Origin: Laetmonice hystrix
Lineage: Eukaryota
NCBI GenBank assembly: GCA_965235115.1
Contig: OZ249436.1
Coordinates: forward strand, 22,632,001 to 22,696,000
Length of the DNA stretch: 64,000 nucleotides
Reading direction: 5' to 3'
The position numbers and the translations under genes were made by a program. Below the pieces are notes generated by a model. It was not told the DNA's origin and did no database searches. It saw only the letters and a program-made list of their open reading frames with translations. Of this stretch, positions 1 to 12,944 are shown piece after piece; positions within the stretch are counted from its first letter, which is position 1, and each line of letters begins with the position of its first letter.

Positions 1-777
1 CGTAGCTCTATCGTAGCTTTATCGGCAAAGTCGTAGTGCTATCGTCACGATGGAACACGACAGTGCCGACAATAACGATAGTTACGATAGTATCACCATA
101 GAGGTACGGTAGAGCTACGAATACATACGACAGACCACGACAGCGTCACGAAGTACCGCGACAGGGCTACGATAGATCACGACAGTAATCCGATAGCGGT
201 ACGACATACATGTACGACAGTCGTACTGCACTCGTAGACATCGTAGCTTTGTCGTCATATATCGTAGCTCTGTCGTACAATATCGTAGCTCTGTCGTCAC
301 ATGTCGTAGTGCTGTCCTGACTGTCGTAGCGCTATCGTCATTTTCGTAGCTCTGCTGTCCAAATCGTAGGTCTGTCGTAGCAAGATCGGCAAAGTCGCAG
401 CTCTGTCGTAGCTCGGCCGTAGCGCTATCGGCCTGATTTTCCGTAGCTCTATCGTAACGGTCTCGTAGTGCAGTCGTAGCTCAGTCGTACATGTCGTACA
501 TGTCGTGATTGTCGTAGGTCTGTCGCCACTGTCGTAGCACTGTCGTAACACTGTCGTAGCTCTATTTTCATTGTCGCCATCGACATTTCTTAGCACTATC
601 GTAGCTGTATCGTGGTTATCGCAGTGCTATCGCAGCAATCGTAGCACAAACGTAGCGCTATCGTGCTCATCATGGTCAATTTGAAACATTAATATCGTGG
701 TCTCTCGTGGTTTGTCGTGAATGCTTTTTATCGTGGTCTATCGTGGTCGTAGTGCTATCGTGAAAGTGTGAACCCCC
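1..777. repeat. Degenerate TCGTAG/CTACGA-rich repeat, probably the end of a non-autonomous DNA transposon (cut by window start)
   Basis: Dense short motifs (tcgtag, gtcgt, ctacga) in both orientations, ending in gtgtgaacccc, which resembles a Harbinger-type terminus; the other end is not in the window. Confidence 0.5.
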
Positions 778-2827
778 AAGGCAGTCCTCCGCTTGGCTGC
801 TGCCTAGGGGTTTGACCGGAATAACAGCCTACGTTACAATGAAAGTAGGCAGCAACTTCATTATCACTAGTCCTAGGCCTATATTTTCCCGTTTTCACTC
901 ACCAATTCATCAAGCTAACGCACTTATCCACAAGTTCACACGCTGATTTCGATTGTTCTTCAAATATTCTAAGACCTACAGGTTTTTTTTTATCTAAGTA
1001 GGCCTACCTCTATTTAAAACTGGCGGTATCAAGAATTCCCGAAGTGTTTGTCGGAGCCAGAGATGGCTAAAACAGTCGTATAGCGCCAGGCAGCTCATAG
1101 TCTTCCGGCGATACCTGGCAGCTACCGGGTATAGAGTATATTTTTTATCGCTAACGATGAAGCAACTCTGAAACAATCTATAGGCCTAGGCCTACTCAGT
1201 GGCGGGTCCAGTGTGTGTGTGTGTGGGGGGGGGGCTTAAGGCTATGCGTCCCCAGCTGACTCCAGATCGAGTTATCATTCTATGTGTACAGTGCCTAGGG
1301 AGCACCTATAGGGCCTAGGCCCTACAGGCGCGGACCAGGATTATTTTAAGGGTCTTCTCAAAGGGCACCTGCTGAGTGACTGACGTTGGGAGAGGGCAGT
1401 TTTATAGTAGAAATGAAGCACTTTCATGCCTAAGGGGGGGGGGGTTCGAACCCCACGACGCCCCCCCCCCCCCCCCGATCCGCGCCTGCCGTATAATAGG
1501 CTAATCTGCAAAGATGTCTTACATAGGCCTACATCTAGCCCCCCCTTGCACAATCCTGTATCAACCCCCCCCCCCCCCGTTGCACAATCCTGTATCTAGG
1601 CCCCCCCCCCCCCCCCCGATCGTGTCTCCTGACATTAAAAGGGCATCAAAATAGACATTGGGTTTTTTTTCGGACAGGCTTATGGATATATCTTAACACT
1701 GTGTTGCTAGGCTAGCGCTTCTAAGGCATGGTTACAAGAGCGCCACGCTCGGGCGTTCGGCCATCTGTGGCTCGGCGGTCATACTGGAAAATGGTCTAGG
1801 TCTAATCAGGATGTAATTTTCTGTGCGACATCTGGCGAGGAACAAAGGAACTACAGCTCCAGAATGTTGCAGTGGTGAAGGACGCATAGATCTCTCTATT
1901 GGTGTTATAATGCAGGGCCGTAGGCCTGGGATTTCCAGTTTTGTGGTTTTTTTTACCCACACCCCGGGCCAGTTCGACCGGCCCAATGACGCGCTATCAC
2001 TTGGCAGGCCTACTGCAACCCCCCCCCCCCGCATTTGGGCCAGGCTACGGCCCTGTAATGTGTGTCGACCTAAGGGTATGCGTCTTCGAAAATTGAGGGG
2101 GTAGGGCAAGAGGAAAGACCTGAAGCACCAACAGGGAAAGCTGACGAAGGGGGTTCTAACAGGCCTAGGGCTATACAAAATCATAGACTGAAACGAAAAA
2201 AAAGACAATTCCGGCTCCTGGACACCCCCTGATTCGCCCCTGTCCATAACGACTTTACAAAAAAGTACGACCAAGGAAAGGAATAAATTTTCATTTAATT
2301 TTCATTTGATTCATGCGATAATAACCAACAAACTATAACGACAAACAAAGAACATTCTGACGAACATAAATAATGCAAATAAATTCCTATCAGAATTATA
2401 GTGTATACTGCTGATTAATGTCATTATAATAAACTTAACAGGTTTATGTGTGTGTGCATCTGTACACTACCATCCAGGCCAAAGAAGTATATTTAGCAAT
2501 TACCAAGTACGTAGGGCCTACTAATTTACTGTACACACACCTGGCCTGTCTGGATCATGTGATGTGCTCAACCGCCTGTAACGTTTTTATTACAACTCTA
2601 GATTATGGGTACATGCTTATATCACTGGTGCGCAACTTATGAAAATTGCAACAACTGTCTAAAACAATTTTATGTTAGAGTGTTCACATATCGAAATGAA
2701 ATACTATCAAAATTGGAAGATTTCTCTGGAGTTTGGACAAGTTTCGTTGTAGACATTTGTTGCATTTTTTTTAATTCGTTGATGGATATATCATGCCCAA
2801 ACTTCCGTTCTTTCACTAAGGGAACGA

Positions 2828-2975
2828 TCCACTGTTCCGATTTTCATCCGATTTCCTATCCCAAATATATTTCCAGTCCATATCACGCCAGAATTATGCA
2901 TATTTTCACCTAAAGTTCTTTTAAAAATATTTCACTATCATATCTAAGAGATCGGATGAAAATCGGAACAGTGGA
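2828..2975. mobile_element. Small MITE-like inverted repeat
   Basis: tccactgttccgattttcatccgat (2828-2852) and its exact reverse complement (2951-2975). Confidence 0.55.
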
Positions 2976-4244
2976 CGCCAGCTTTTAGTTATTTTACATC
3001 ACCTTGACTTCTTGTGTCTTACAACATTCTAAACTATCACTACATGATTACCAAAACAATTGGTATGATGGATGCTAAACATATCTCAAAATCAGCCTAA
3101 GAATTGCCTTAACAAGCATATAAATGTAGGTCTTTACAGCGAGATATCTACACGCTAACAGTCATGTAGTTCTACGCTTGGACGTACAAAAGCCCCCTGC
3201 CTATTTCCAATTATGAAAATTTCCACTAACAATACATTAATTATGAAATTAATAACTTAATTTTGCTTGAAGCTTAAACAACATCACAGGCACAGTCATA
3301 TTATGATCAGTCCGGATCCAGGTTTTAAGGGCAGCCAGGCGGTAAGTTGCAACATCTCTAGGGAACAGAATACCTGCCGTTATTTCACTAATACAATCTC
3401 GCCCGCTGCAGTAACTTGTTGGAAATCACGTTCTCAGAACAATACTGAACGTTATATCAGGTAGCCTACACAGAAGAAATTGTTGACTAAATGGATGAAG
3501 TCGATGACTAAAAACTATGTAAGGTTAAGTTGAGCATAAATCACAGTAGGCCTACATAATCTTCGCTTTATCGGCATCACCTGAATGTCTTTAGGAAAAG
3601 GTGGTAATCCAAGAAATGTCTCTTCCCATCCTTATTGTTTCCTCCCACAACCGTCTAGTAACCATATTTTCCGAGATGACGACTAGATACGATTCTCTTA
3701 ATGCTAACATTGCTGATGTAGTATGTGTGTGTTTAAATAATTTCACATTTTTCATTTGATACATTGTAAACTGAGAAAATAAATATCATTACAATAGACA
3801 TCTAAAAGTAATATACGACTCCCTGCTTCGGCTCTGTCACCGTTCTCATATATTGCACTTGCTCAAAACATTTCTTCATTATACCACCTACTTCATCCTT
3901 CATTTTTAATGCACATAATAAAATACTGCATCTTGACACTTCCACGTTATATAAACGTTACATACCCCTATCGTGGTAAAAATGTCACAATAACAACTAC
4001 ACGGCCGGCGCTAGGAAAGGGTAACATTAAACCATTGTCAGACCATACACAGGGTCCCTGTAGGGTACCCAACAAATATCATCTTACCCACTATGTCTTA
4101 TAACCATACAAAGTAACAATGGAAGTAACAATGTTCATAATACTTCATCCTTCTCTTCAGTTATCACATTACACGCTGAAAATTAATTGCACATTATAAT
4201 TCTATCACAGATCTCTAATCACAATACTACCATCTGCATATATA

Positions 4245-4699
4245 TACACATAGACCCTGTAACTTGTAACAGGTCTGGACTACACATAGACCCTGTAACT
4301 TGTAACAGGTCTGGACTACACATAGACCCTGTAACTTGTAACAGGTCTGGACTACACATAGACCCTGTAACTTGTAACAGGTCTGCAGTATATACACATA
4401 GACCCTGTAACTTGTAACAGGTCTGGACTACACATAGACCCTGTAACTTGTAACAGGTCTGGACTACACATAGACCCTGTAACTTGTAACAGGTCTGGAC
4501 TACACATAGACCCTGTAACTTGTAACAGGTCTGCAGTATATACACATAGACCCTGTAACTTGTAACAGTGGTACTGGTCTGCACTATTCACATAGACCCT
4601 GTAACTTGTAACAGGTCTGCAGTATATACACGTAGACCCTGTAACTTGTAACAGGTCTGCACTATATACACAGACCCTGTAACGTGTAACAGGTCTGCA
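4245..4699. repeat. 36/38-bp minisatellite (catagaccctgtaacttgtaacaggtctggactaca), about 12 copies
   Basis: Directly visible tandem units; explains the repetitive ORFs 4187-4735. Confidence 0.95.
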
Positions 4700-5787
4700 C
4701 CTCCTCCCGCTTATCACTCGACCACCGAGCTTCACAACATTATTAACCCTGTTTTGCTAATTAACCGATCCATCAATTCTAGCACTAAACTTAGCTGGCC
4801 AGACCTGGCCAGTTTCCCACTCACCTCGATGACATCAACCCCAACATAAACACAACTCCCAGACCGGTAATAGGCCTACCCCTTTGGCCATAATGCGGCT
4901 ATACTTCCGGCTATAACTCATATCATCAACAAACTTACGCGCCCAACCATTAACCTAACATAACCATAAAACCTACACCTCTTGAATCTAACATATTATA
5001 CCCAACATTCACGGGTCAGAGGTGTCGATCCTCTCCGATCACTTATCCACCTCACCATACGGACCGTAGCGGGAAAAACGTACTGGGAAACGCTCAGAAT
5101 CGTTAACAGAAACGTTATGAATCTAAACCCTTTTCGCAATTTTCACTATTGGAACCAGTATTATTCAAAATGGCAATATAAGCCTACGTTCACCCACTTC
5201 ACTCTTGTGATTGTAAAGGACCGGAAAATCACTCTATGCACTGCAATGTGGTCAGATTTAGAGCACTGACTTTTAGAATTGACATTCAAAATGGAACTGC
5301 CCTTTAAATAAGGATCAGGTTATAGCATTGTATTGGACATAGGCGGCTACTCTAAGACTGACTGATGCATCATCACGTTACAGATTCCACAAAGTTTATA
5401 CTAAAGTTCAGTATAAGCAAGTAAATAATTAGTAAACAAAATATCATTTCAATTAGTACAAAATACATTGTATAAATACTTTCGATGCATTTCAAATCTA
5501 TATCAGACGGTATAAAGTCACATTTTAGAGCCAAGCTTTGTTTATATAGTCCAAATTTAATTTCTATCGTCAACCGGACTGGCTCGACTGTCTTATTCAC
5601 TGAAGAATTGCTGAAAACTAGTTAGAATAATTATATAATTATAGTCAATCATTATAATTAGGATAAAAAAAACGTTAATCAGCTCTCCTGTTTTAAATAT
5701 ATGAACTTCCGTTCCCAAAACTGTACTGCGGTTCGCAAAGCATAATTCCTTATAAAGTACATCTTTGTTTGCTGACAATTAGACATA

Positions 5788-8437
5788 TTAGAAAATAGAA
5801 TGTTTATACTGTTCACACAGAGACGGCAAATCAAGGCAGTTAGCTAGAAATACGTCCACTAAGACCCACACGTTGTTGAAACATTGCTTGGTTTGTTCCG
5901 GGTTAGAATCGAAGCTGGAGGTGTACTTGAAGTCCAATTTCAGTGGACACTTCACAACTTCTACGGCCACCTCAAGGACGACAAAGGCTAACAGCGAATG
6001 TGGGAACTGGCAAAGGTCGTAGTCTTGAAGAGTCAACTCCATAAGGTAACGTGCAAGTGAGCATGCATGACTTGACCTGGAAAAAGGACATAGAAATCTA
6101 AAGAGGAAGATGTAGCATTTAAAGTTTCTGCGAGACCCCATGAGGCGTGCAAGAATATTTAGGTGAAGCCAGGGGCTTGGGCGGCTATCTAGGCCCAACC
6201 CCCTGGCCGGCCAGTTCTCTTATCGACCAACTCGTTTACATGTACTTCATACAGCACGACCAACTCGATGTACTTCATACAGCACGACCAACTCGTTTAC
6301 ATGTACTTCATACAGCACGACCAACTCGTTTACATGTACTTCATACAGCACGACCAACTCGTTTACATGTACTTCATACAGCACGACCAACTCGTTTACA
6401 TGTACTTCATACAGCACGACCAACTCGTTTACATGTACTTCATACAGCCGGACCAACTCGTTTACATGTACTTCATACAGCACGACCAACTCGTTTACAT
6501 GTACTTCATACAGCACGACCAACTCGTTTACATGTACTTCATACAGCACGACCAACTCGTTTACATGTACTTCATACAGCACGACCAACTCGTTTACATG
6601 TACTTCATACAGCACGACCAACTCGTTTACATGTACTTCATACAGCACGACCAACTCGTTTACATGTACTTCATACAGCACGACCAACTCGTTTACATGT
6701 ACTTCATACAGCACGACCAACTCGTTTACATGTACTTCATACAGCACGACCAACTCGTTTACATGTACTTCATACAGCACGACCAACTCGTTTACATGTA
6801 CTTCATACAGAACATGATGCTATAGCCTACTTGTCTTTGGCATGCCAATCTCAATGAATGAATAATGATTGCCAATGAATCGTCTCACGTATATTTTTTA
6901 ATGATTCCACCCATTCCAAAAGACGCCTGCAAGCGATATTACATACAGATGTAGTAGGCCTACCTCATGTCGACTTCTGAATGACCGGCGGGCCAGCTTG
7001 AAGCGAGTAGCGAGGAGACGTAGTGTTCCAGGAAGAAGCTGGCAGTGGGGACAAGGAGGTCAAACTTGAGCCGGTTCAGCATGATCACCTCCAACTGCTT
7101 CACCTGATCCCGGTTGTAGGCAAAACAACACAGCCGGAGGAGTTCATCGATCTCTGGAGGGAAAACTTCTTCCTGCAATGTAATAAAAGAAGACGCTCTT
7201 CTATTGCCACTGTTTTTGAAAGAGCCTACAATTTTAAGACTTTGGCAGCATATGAATTTTATTTTAAAGTGTTTTTTTCTATTTGACATGAATATTGTTA
7301 AGCCGCATCGGGCCCCTCCTGAAAACAGGAGACTTGGCCTTGCCGGGCCGCCTAACAAAACACCTCTCGGCACGTTGTTTATACTTGGGGGTATTGAAGA
7401 CAGTTTTCAGGGCAATAAGTCAATAATTGATTGTGTTACGATAATTTCGAAACATACATTATGTTATATATACCTGTTTAGCTGCAATCAGAAATGAGGT
7501 AATGCCGAGTAACTGAAAGCAATCCCGTGATATAGGGGTGGTATCAAGGAAACGATCCATGACATTAACGGCCAGGTAAAGAGTACTGTCCACATAATGA
7601 CATCCTCGGTGAAGTTTAGTGATCCATTCTACCAGAACGGCCCGCATGTCTGTGGAAATCTAAAATAAATAAACGAGAAGAAGCATTTGATTTCATACCA
7701 CTGAGAAAACATAAAAAGGTGTTTTTCAGGGGTCAGCCATGCATATCTAAATAAGCCAGTCGTGTATTCTGAAACATCTCATTTATATATGATCAAATTC
7801 CATTTCGAGTTGAGCACTTATGACCGTTCCTTTTCCTTTTTCACAATCAGCAAAATATTTTATTTCAAGCAAACGGAAGTTAAACGTTTGCCTGTTGAAG
7901 AACGATGCTTTGTTTATACCTTTCGGTGTAGGCCTACTGGATGGCTTGTACTAAAATTAGAAAGAATGGCTGAGAGGAAAAGCCTCTTACCTGAGGTTGC
8001 TTTTGTAGACACATCCTTGGTCGAAAGCGGTCCTCTGTTATTTTTCTATACTGATAGATGTCTTCTTGATAGCAGAGAAACCCATCGTAGGCTCGGATCT
8101 TCCCAGCCCTTTCAACGGTGCGGTCAGTGTCGCATTTCAGTGCAGTTTCCGATGTGGTTATTATTGCACAATGAGGCGATCGAGTGTGTTCACCTAGATC
8201 GACTAAATTCTCGTGACAAAGCAGATGGGCCAGGGGTGCATTCCGAACATGGCTGGCTGGGTTGGCACTGGACGGTTGTACCGCCTTACTCGGCGAACCC
8301 GGATTTTGATCTGCCACGGAGACATCGGTTGTGACCGTTTGCAAGTCTCTACACATGTCACCGCCCTCAATTTCTGTGCAGTATATACTGTCATCCAAAA
8401 TTTCGGAGCCCTCTAAGTATATTCCGCTGTCGTCCAT
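5788..8437 (-). CDS. CCNO: Cyclin O (about 376 aa); exons join(8437-7991, 7659-7474, 7172-6964, 6076-5788)
   Basis: All three introns are GT-AG with consistent phases (0,0,2). Spliced protein MDDSGIY...YQYRKITEDRFRPRMCLQKQPQ|ISTDMRAVLVEWI...DRFLDTTPISRDCFQLLGITSFLIAAKQ|EEVFPPEIDELLRLCC...LKFDLLVPTASFFLEHY...|SSHACSLARYLMELTLQDY matches motifs I recall from vertebrate cyclin O (DSGI, QPQ, DRFLxTTP, DCFQLLG, LCC, FFLEH). The start codon is uncertain because the frame is open about 40 codons further upstream. Confidence 0.9.
6224..6810. repeat. 33-bp minisatellite (cgaccaactcgtttacatgtacttcatacagca), about 18 near-identical copies, in CCNO intron 3
   Basis: Directly visible tandem array lying between exon 3 (ends 6964) and exon 4 (starts 6076). 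Confidence 0.97.
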
Positions 8438-8612
8438 TGTGGAGATTGTATCCTTTAGGATATCGAACGCAGAAAGAAAAGTCCGTTTTTTTTTCGAAAT
8501 TGAGGCCTTTGCCTTTAGAGTCGGTCGGGGATCTCTGTAGACTTCATGCACCGCCCTTGTGCTGTAAGCCTATGTAGTACATCTGCAGTACGACTTCTTC
8601 CTTACCTGCAGC

Positions 8613-8620
8613 TATTTATA
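8613..8620 (-). promoter_or_regulatory. Candidate TATA box (TATAAATA) for CCNO
   Basis: Consensus TATA on the minus strand about 175 nt upstream of the proposed ATG; no transcript evidence. Confidence 0.35.
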
Positions 8621-10612
8621 TTGGGAAGTCACCCGGTATTTCGCATCTGACCAGAAAGCCATGGTGCTCCGTTTGCAACTTTCAAACCTGACCGGGACCT
8701 TTACCTAGGAGACTTGTTCATAGACTGGTTGAGGGAGGCCCACTTGACAGGGATCATAGACCTGACAAACCACCGAAAGGCCAAGGAAAGAAGATTGGTA
8801 AATATCGTGATCTGAAAAATGACCGACTCGTAGGCTATTTGTCACAGTCGATCTTTGGCTTGAAGTGGGCTATAGACTCATTGAATTCGAACCAACTGTG
8901 GATATAAGTAGGCCCTAATATAAATTAACCCTTCTCGTGTAAGTGTTTTAATAAGGATATTTTCTCTTCTGAATTCCCTGTCAAAATCATGCATGTTGCG
9001 CACACTCCGGAATATATAGCGGCGCCCAGGACAATGACCTACATTGTGTTCCTCAGTCATCCATCCAGCGATTTACTTCCTTACCTTTTTGAATGTATGG
9101 CCCCTCTACCCGGGGCCCATCCAGACTCATGACCGCTCTGTTTATGATGTTCATTTATTCTCACACTTTTCATGCCGTTGAACTTGTCCCTCTAAAGATC
9201 CATCCAGTCATGACTTTAACCAAACAAGTTGAAACTTTGAAAAAATCATGTTTAGGCCTAAATATGCATGCCTACTGGGAGAATATGTGGTTCAGTATAC
9301 GAAATGGTATTGGCCTATAGGAAACCGGAGCAAAGTGGATCAAACAATTTGGCACGGCCTAAACGCTGTGAAAAATGTAGACAATTCAAAACATTCGACT
9401 ATTTTGTTTTGAGCTCGGAATAACACTTATAGATGACACAAACAAAGTTCATCTAAAAGCAAGTTTTATTGAAATAATAATCCCCGGGGCAACATGAAAT
9501 CTGCAATGGGGCAAAGTGACTTGTCATTTTAGTAGGTCTACTGATGTTAAAGCTATCACTCAAATAGCTGACGGTCATGACCGTACGCTGGGGGGTTCGG
9601 AGGGGGGTCATACAAACCCACTTTCAACCCCCCCCCCCCCCTCAAAAAAGGCAAGAAGTGCAACGACCTAGAGCTGTAGGCTTACAGCAACGCGTTGCTT
9701 AAAGTAAGCATTGTTCCCATCGCCATCAGGATAGCTGTCGAGGGGGGGGGGCTGCTCCCGATAAAACCCCAGAAAATTTGGCCTTCCACAATATTGTTTT
9801 GTCGGGGGAGGGGGGACCTCCACCGCATGAACGGCTTAGGCCTTTGGCGCTCGCTGAGTTTGAGCATATAGCTATATCTCTTACTACACCCCCCCCCCCC
9901 CATCTCTCAAATACCGCCAGAGATCAGCCCCCCCCCATACCTGTTTTGTAGTATTTCGTTCAAAATATCTTAAAATATATAGGCCTACGTTTGAATAAAA
10001 CACCTCGCACACTGACAGGGGTAGAATTAGGGGGTAGGGGTGCGCGCCGGGCGCCCCCTTATTGTTTTTTTTTAATTTTTTTTCACTAGGCCCTATATAT
10101 AAGACCTTGTGTTGCACCCTCAAATGTAAAAATTCCGCTAAATGTAAAAACGCCGTCATATGTAACAAATATTTACGACAAATATGAAAACGTCCGTCAA
10201 ATGTGAAAAAATCTACCGCATATGTAAAAACTACCTTCCGTGAAATGTAACCAAAAAATACGCTAAATGTGAAAAAAATATTTTCCTACATATGTGAAAA
10301 ACTTTTACGACAAATGTAAAAAAGAACTCCCTCTAAAAAGGACTCCCTCTTTCGGTATAGATGCCTGCCTTTTTACTTCGATTACCAAAGATCTAGGTTA
10401 TTATTTTATATACAAAATGTAGTCACTCGATATATATAGTCGGCCCGGAAAATATGAAGCTGCATATTTCAGATCAGTCCCGCAAAAATTTGAACTTCAC
10501 CCACATCCAAATTTAAAGTAAAGAACTAGTGGGAGGTTTGTGTTGCTGCAGTATATTGTGTCATGAGACTGAAATGAAAACAAACTTTCTTTTATTTTTA
10601 ACTTTCAATATA

Positions 10613-10925
10613 TCGGGTGGGCAAAAAAAATTCAGAACACTCTTTTCTCGTCTATAACTTCTACAATTTTTATCCCAATGTCATAATATTTTGCATATGA
10701 TATCATCTGGTTATTTGGAGCCTGTGGTACAAATTTCAGATAAATAGGTCAATAACGTTACGCCTACAAATATGGCCATTATTAAAAATTGTCAAAATTT
10801 GCAGTGCCGGCCCAGGGTCATTCGCGTGATGCCGCATATGGCAAGCGGAATGGGTAACATGGGAAAACAATGTTTTCCCTCTGGGAAACCATGGTTTCCC
10901 AGAGGGAAAACATTGTTTTCCCAGG
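10613..10925. mobile_element. Internally deleted copy of the Tc1/mariner-like element at 11641
   Basis: TA+tcgggtgggcaaaaaaaattcagaacactc... is similar over about 200 bp to 11641 onward, then jumps to tatggcaagcggaatg...gggaaaccatgg as at 15320. Confidence 0.55.
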
Positions 10926-11011
10926 TTATATTCTCTGTCTCTGTCTCTCTATTCTCTGTCTAAGACTTTGCTTCCAGTGGCGGATCCATTCTCTGTCTAA
11001 GAATTTGCTTC

Positions 11012-11275
11012 CAGTGGCGGATCCAGCAGGGGAGGGGGGGGGGCTTGGGGGCTGAAGCCCCCGCCCCCCCCCCTCAGGGTTATCATTTTTCAGTGTGTCT
11101 ACGACGCACCTAAGAGGTTTTATACATACATTAAGCCCTCCCGTTGGAAAATCCTGGATGTACTATACTAGCCCCCCCCCCCAGTTGCAAAATCCGGGAT
11201 GTAGCCCCATCCCTAGTTGAAAAATCCTAGACATAGCCCCCCCCCCCCAGTTGCAAAATCCTGGATCCGCCCCTG
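11012..11275. mobile_element. GC-rich CAG-ended MITE (relatives at about 1325-1488, 15485-15653, 22952-23230, 27309-27448, 50977-51145)
   Basis: Ends cagtggcggatccag ... ctggatccgcccctg, flanked by a 5-bp direct repeat gcttc; the 50977 copy has ctgct. Possibly hAT5-like (inference). Confidence 0.6.
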
Positions 11276-12183
11276 GCTTCCCCCTCACTTTTCTTACATT
11301 GATCACCGTCGATACGTCGTATGACCCACTGTTGCATATTATGGGCAATGACCCCCAGCAAACTCGTCCGGTAGAGTTTTTTTGGGCTGATAGTAACAGC
11401 GCAGTGTGATCGGTTAGTTTTGCACTATTGCATGCCAGGAAGCAGGAAGCAGGACTAGGCTCAGGACTGAAACTTTGAAAGTAATCCTCTCGAAGGTGTT
11501 TGCTTAGAAAAATTCTTATATTTTTTAAACTTAATCATTGTGTCGAGGCTCACGATGGCCTCAGGTTATATAACCAGACCTTTATTTTAAAATGCAAGTG
11601 TTCACTTGTAACTTGCACTGATGTATTATTTGTTGGTATATCGGGTGTGCAAAAAAAATTTGGAACACTCTTTTCTTGACGGTAACTTCTATAATTTTTA
11701 CCCCAATATCATAATATTTGGAACATGTTATCACCCAGTTAATTGTGGCGTCTGGTACAAATTTCAGATAAATAGGTCAAAACGTCTAAAAATAGGGCTA
11801 TTTTCAAAACTGCATGTCCAAAATTGCAATGCCGGACCAGGCGTCCTTGGCAGAGTTGGTCCCGCTGTGTCTGGAACATCTTTACTTGAGTATACACGTA
11901 GCTTCTACAATTTGCATAGTTTGTCAGTGATAGCTTATCATGTTATAGATCTATGGTTAGGCTAATAGCAAATTTCAGGCCGATAAGTCCAAAACTCTTT
12001 ATGTGGAAACAAATCAATCATCATGTCGAAAAATGCGATGCCGGAGAGCCATGTAAGTGTCACCTACCTATTTCAGTTGAAAAGGTGATCGATGTGACCT
12101 CCATCCTGTTTACAGTGACAGGATGGAGCCTTTAGTCTTTTCTTGAATATCCCGATCGACTTCCTGACTTCTTCTAGAGTAAT

Positions 12184-12696
12184 TGTTACAACTTGAATGT
12201 TGAGTTGTAGTGAAGACTTGTAGACTTGTAGCTGTGGTATTCCAATATGCGCTTTATTGTAGGGGGATATCCACCCTACCCTCCAGAGGTACAGTTGCAA
12301 CGATAAATACAGTTCTCTCCCCTACATCACTTTGGGGACTCTCTATATATCCTTGTTGAGGTTAAACAAAGGATTAACAAACTATTCAGGGGTTTGGCTT
12401 TAACAGCTTTCACACTCAGAAGCTGACAGAACCTTGGCAGGCCTTCACAGGTAGACCAGCCACAATGGCATTTACCGGCTAGCCATGTAACACAATAGGT
12501 GTCATTGGTGACATTAAGCACACTGAATATTATGACAGCTTTTCTCCAAACCCTTACAAAATACTAAAATATACAATATGCCTCCAACTATAGGAATATA
12601 TATAATATAGTTCAGTATTAAGGAACTATAACATTAAGGAGAGGAAATATATTATTATGCATGAAGTGAAAAATATGTAAGGATGTATCCGTAACA
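12184..12696 (-). repeat. 3' LTR (513 bp)
   Basis: About 99% identical to 14565-15076; TG...CA ends. Confidence 0.95.
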
Positions 12697-12944
12697 TTGC
12701 CTCCTTGTTTGAAAAGAGCGGCACCTCCGCTGTGCCGTACAAATAGAAACAATTACACCAGGTACTTAATTGGTACCTTTTGACTAGCAGATGAAACAAA
12801 AATATTTGGTTCATTACATAAATAATCACATATTCATTGATTATAAACCAAGTGATTATATCTACAACCTTCATAAATATACAAAGAACTGTTTTTACCA
12901 TATTATTGTCCTTTATAAAATGTGCAAAGCAGAAAATATTATGG

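Noticed and set aside
4980..5270. Possible promoter or first exon on the minus strand (CCGGAA, GTGAGG donor)
   Set aside because: No recognisable coding exons downstream; cannot be supported without transcripts.
6147..6857. Long repetitive ORFs (236, 179, 185 aa)
   Set aside because: Products of a stop-free 33-bp minisatellite inside CCNO intron 3.
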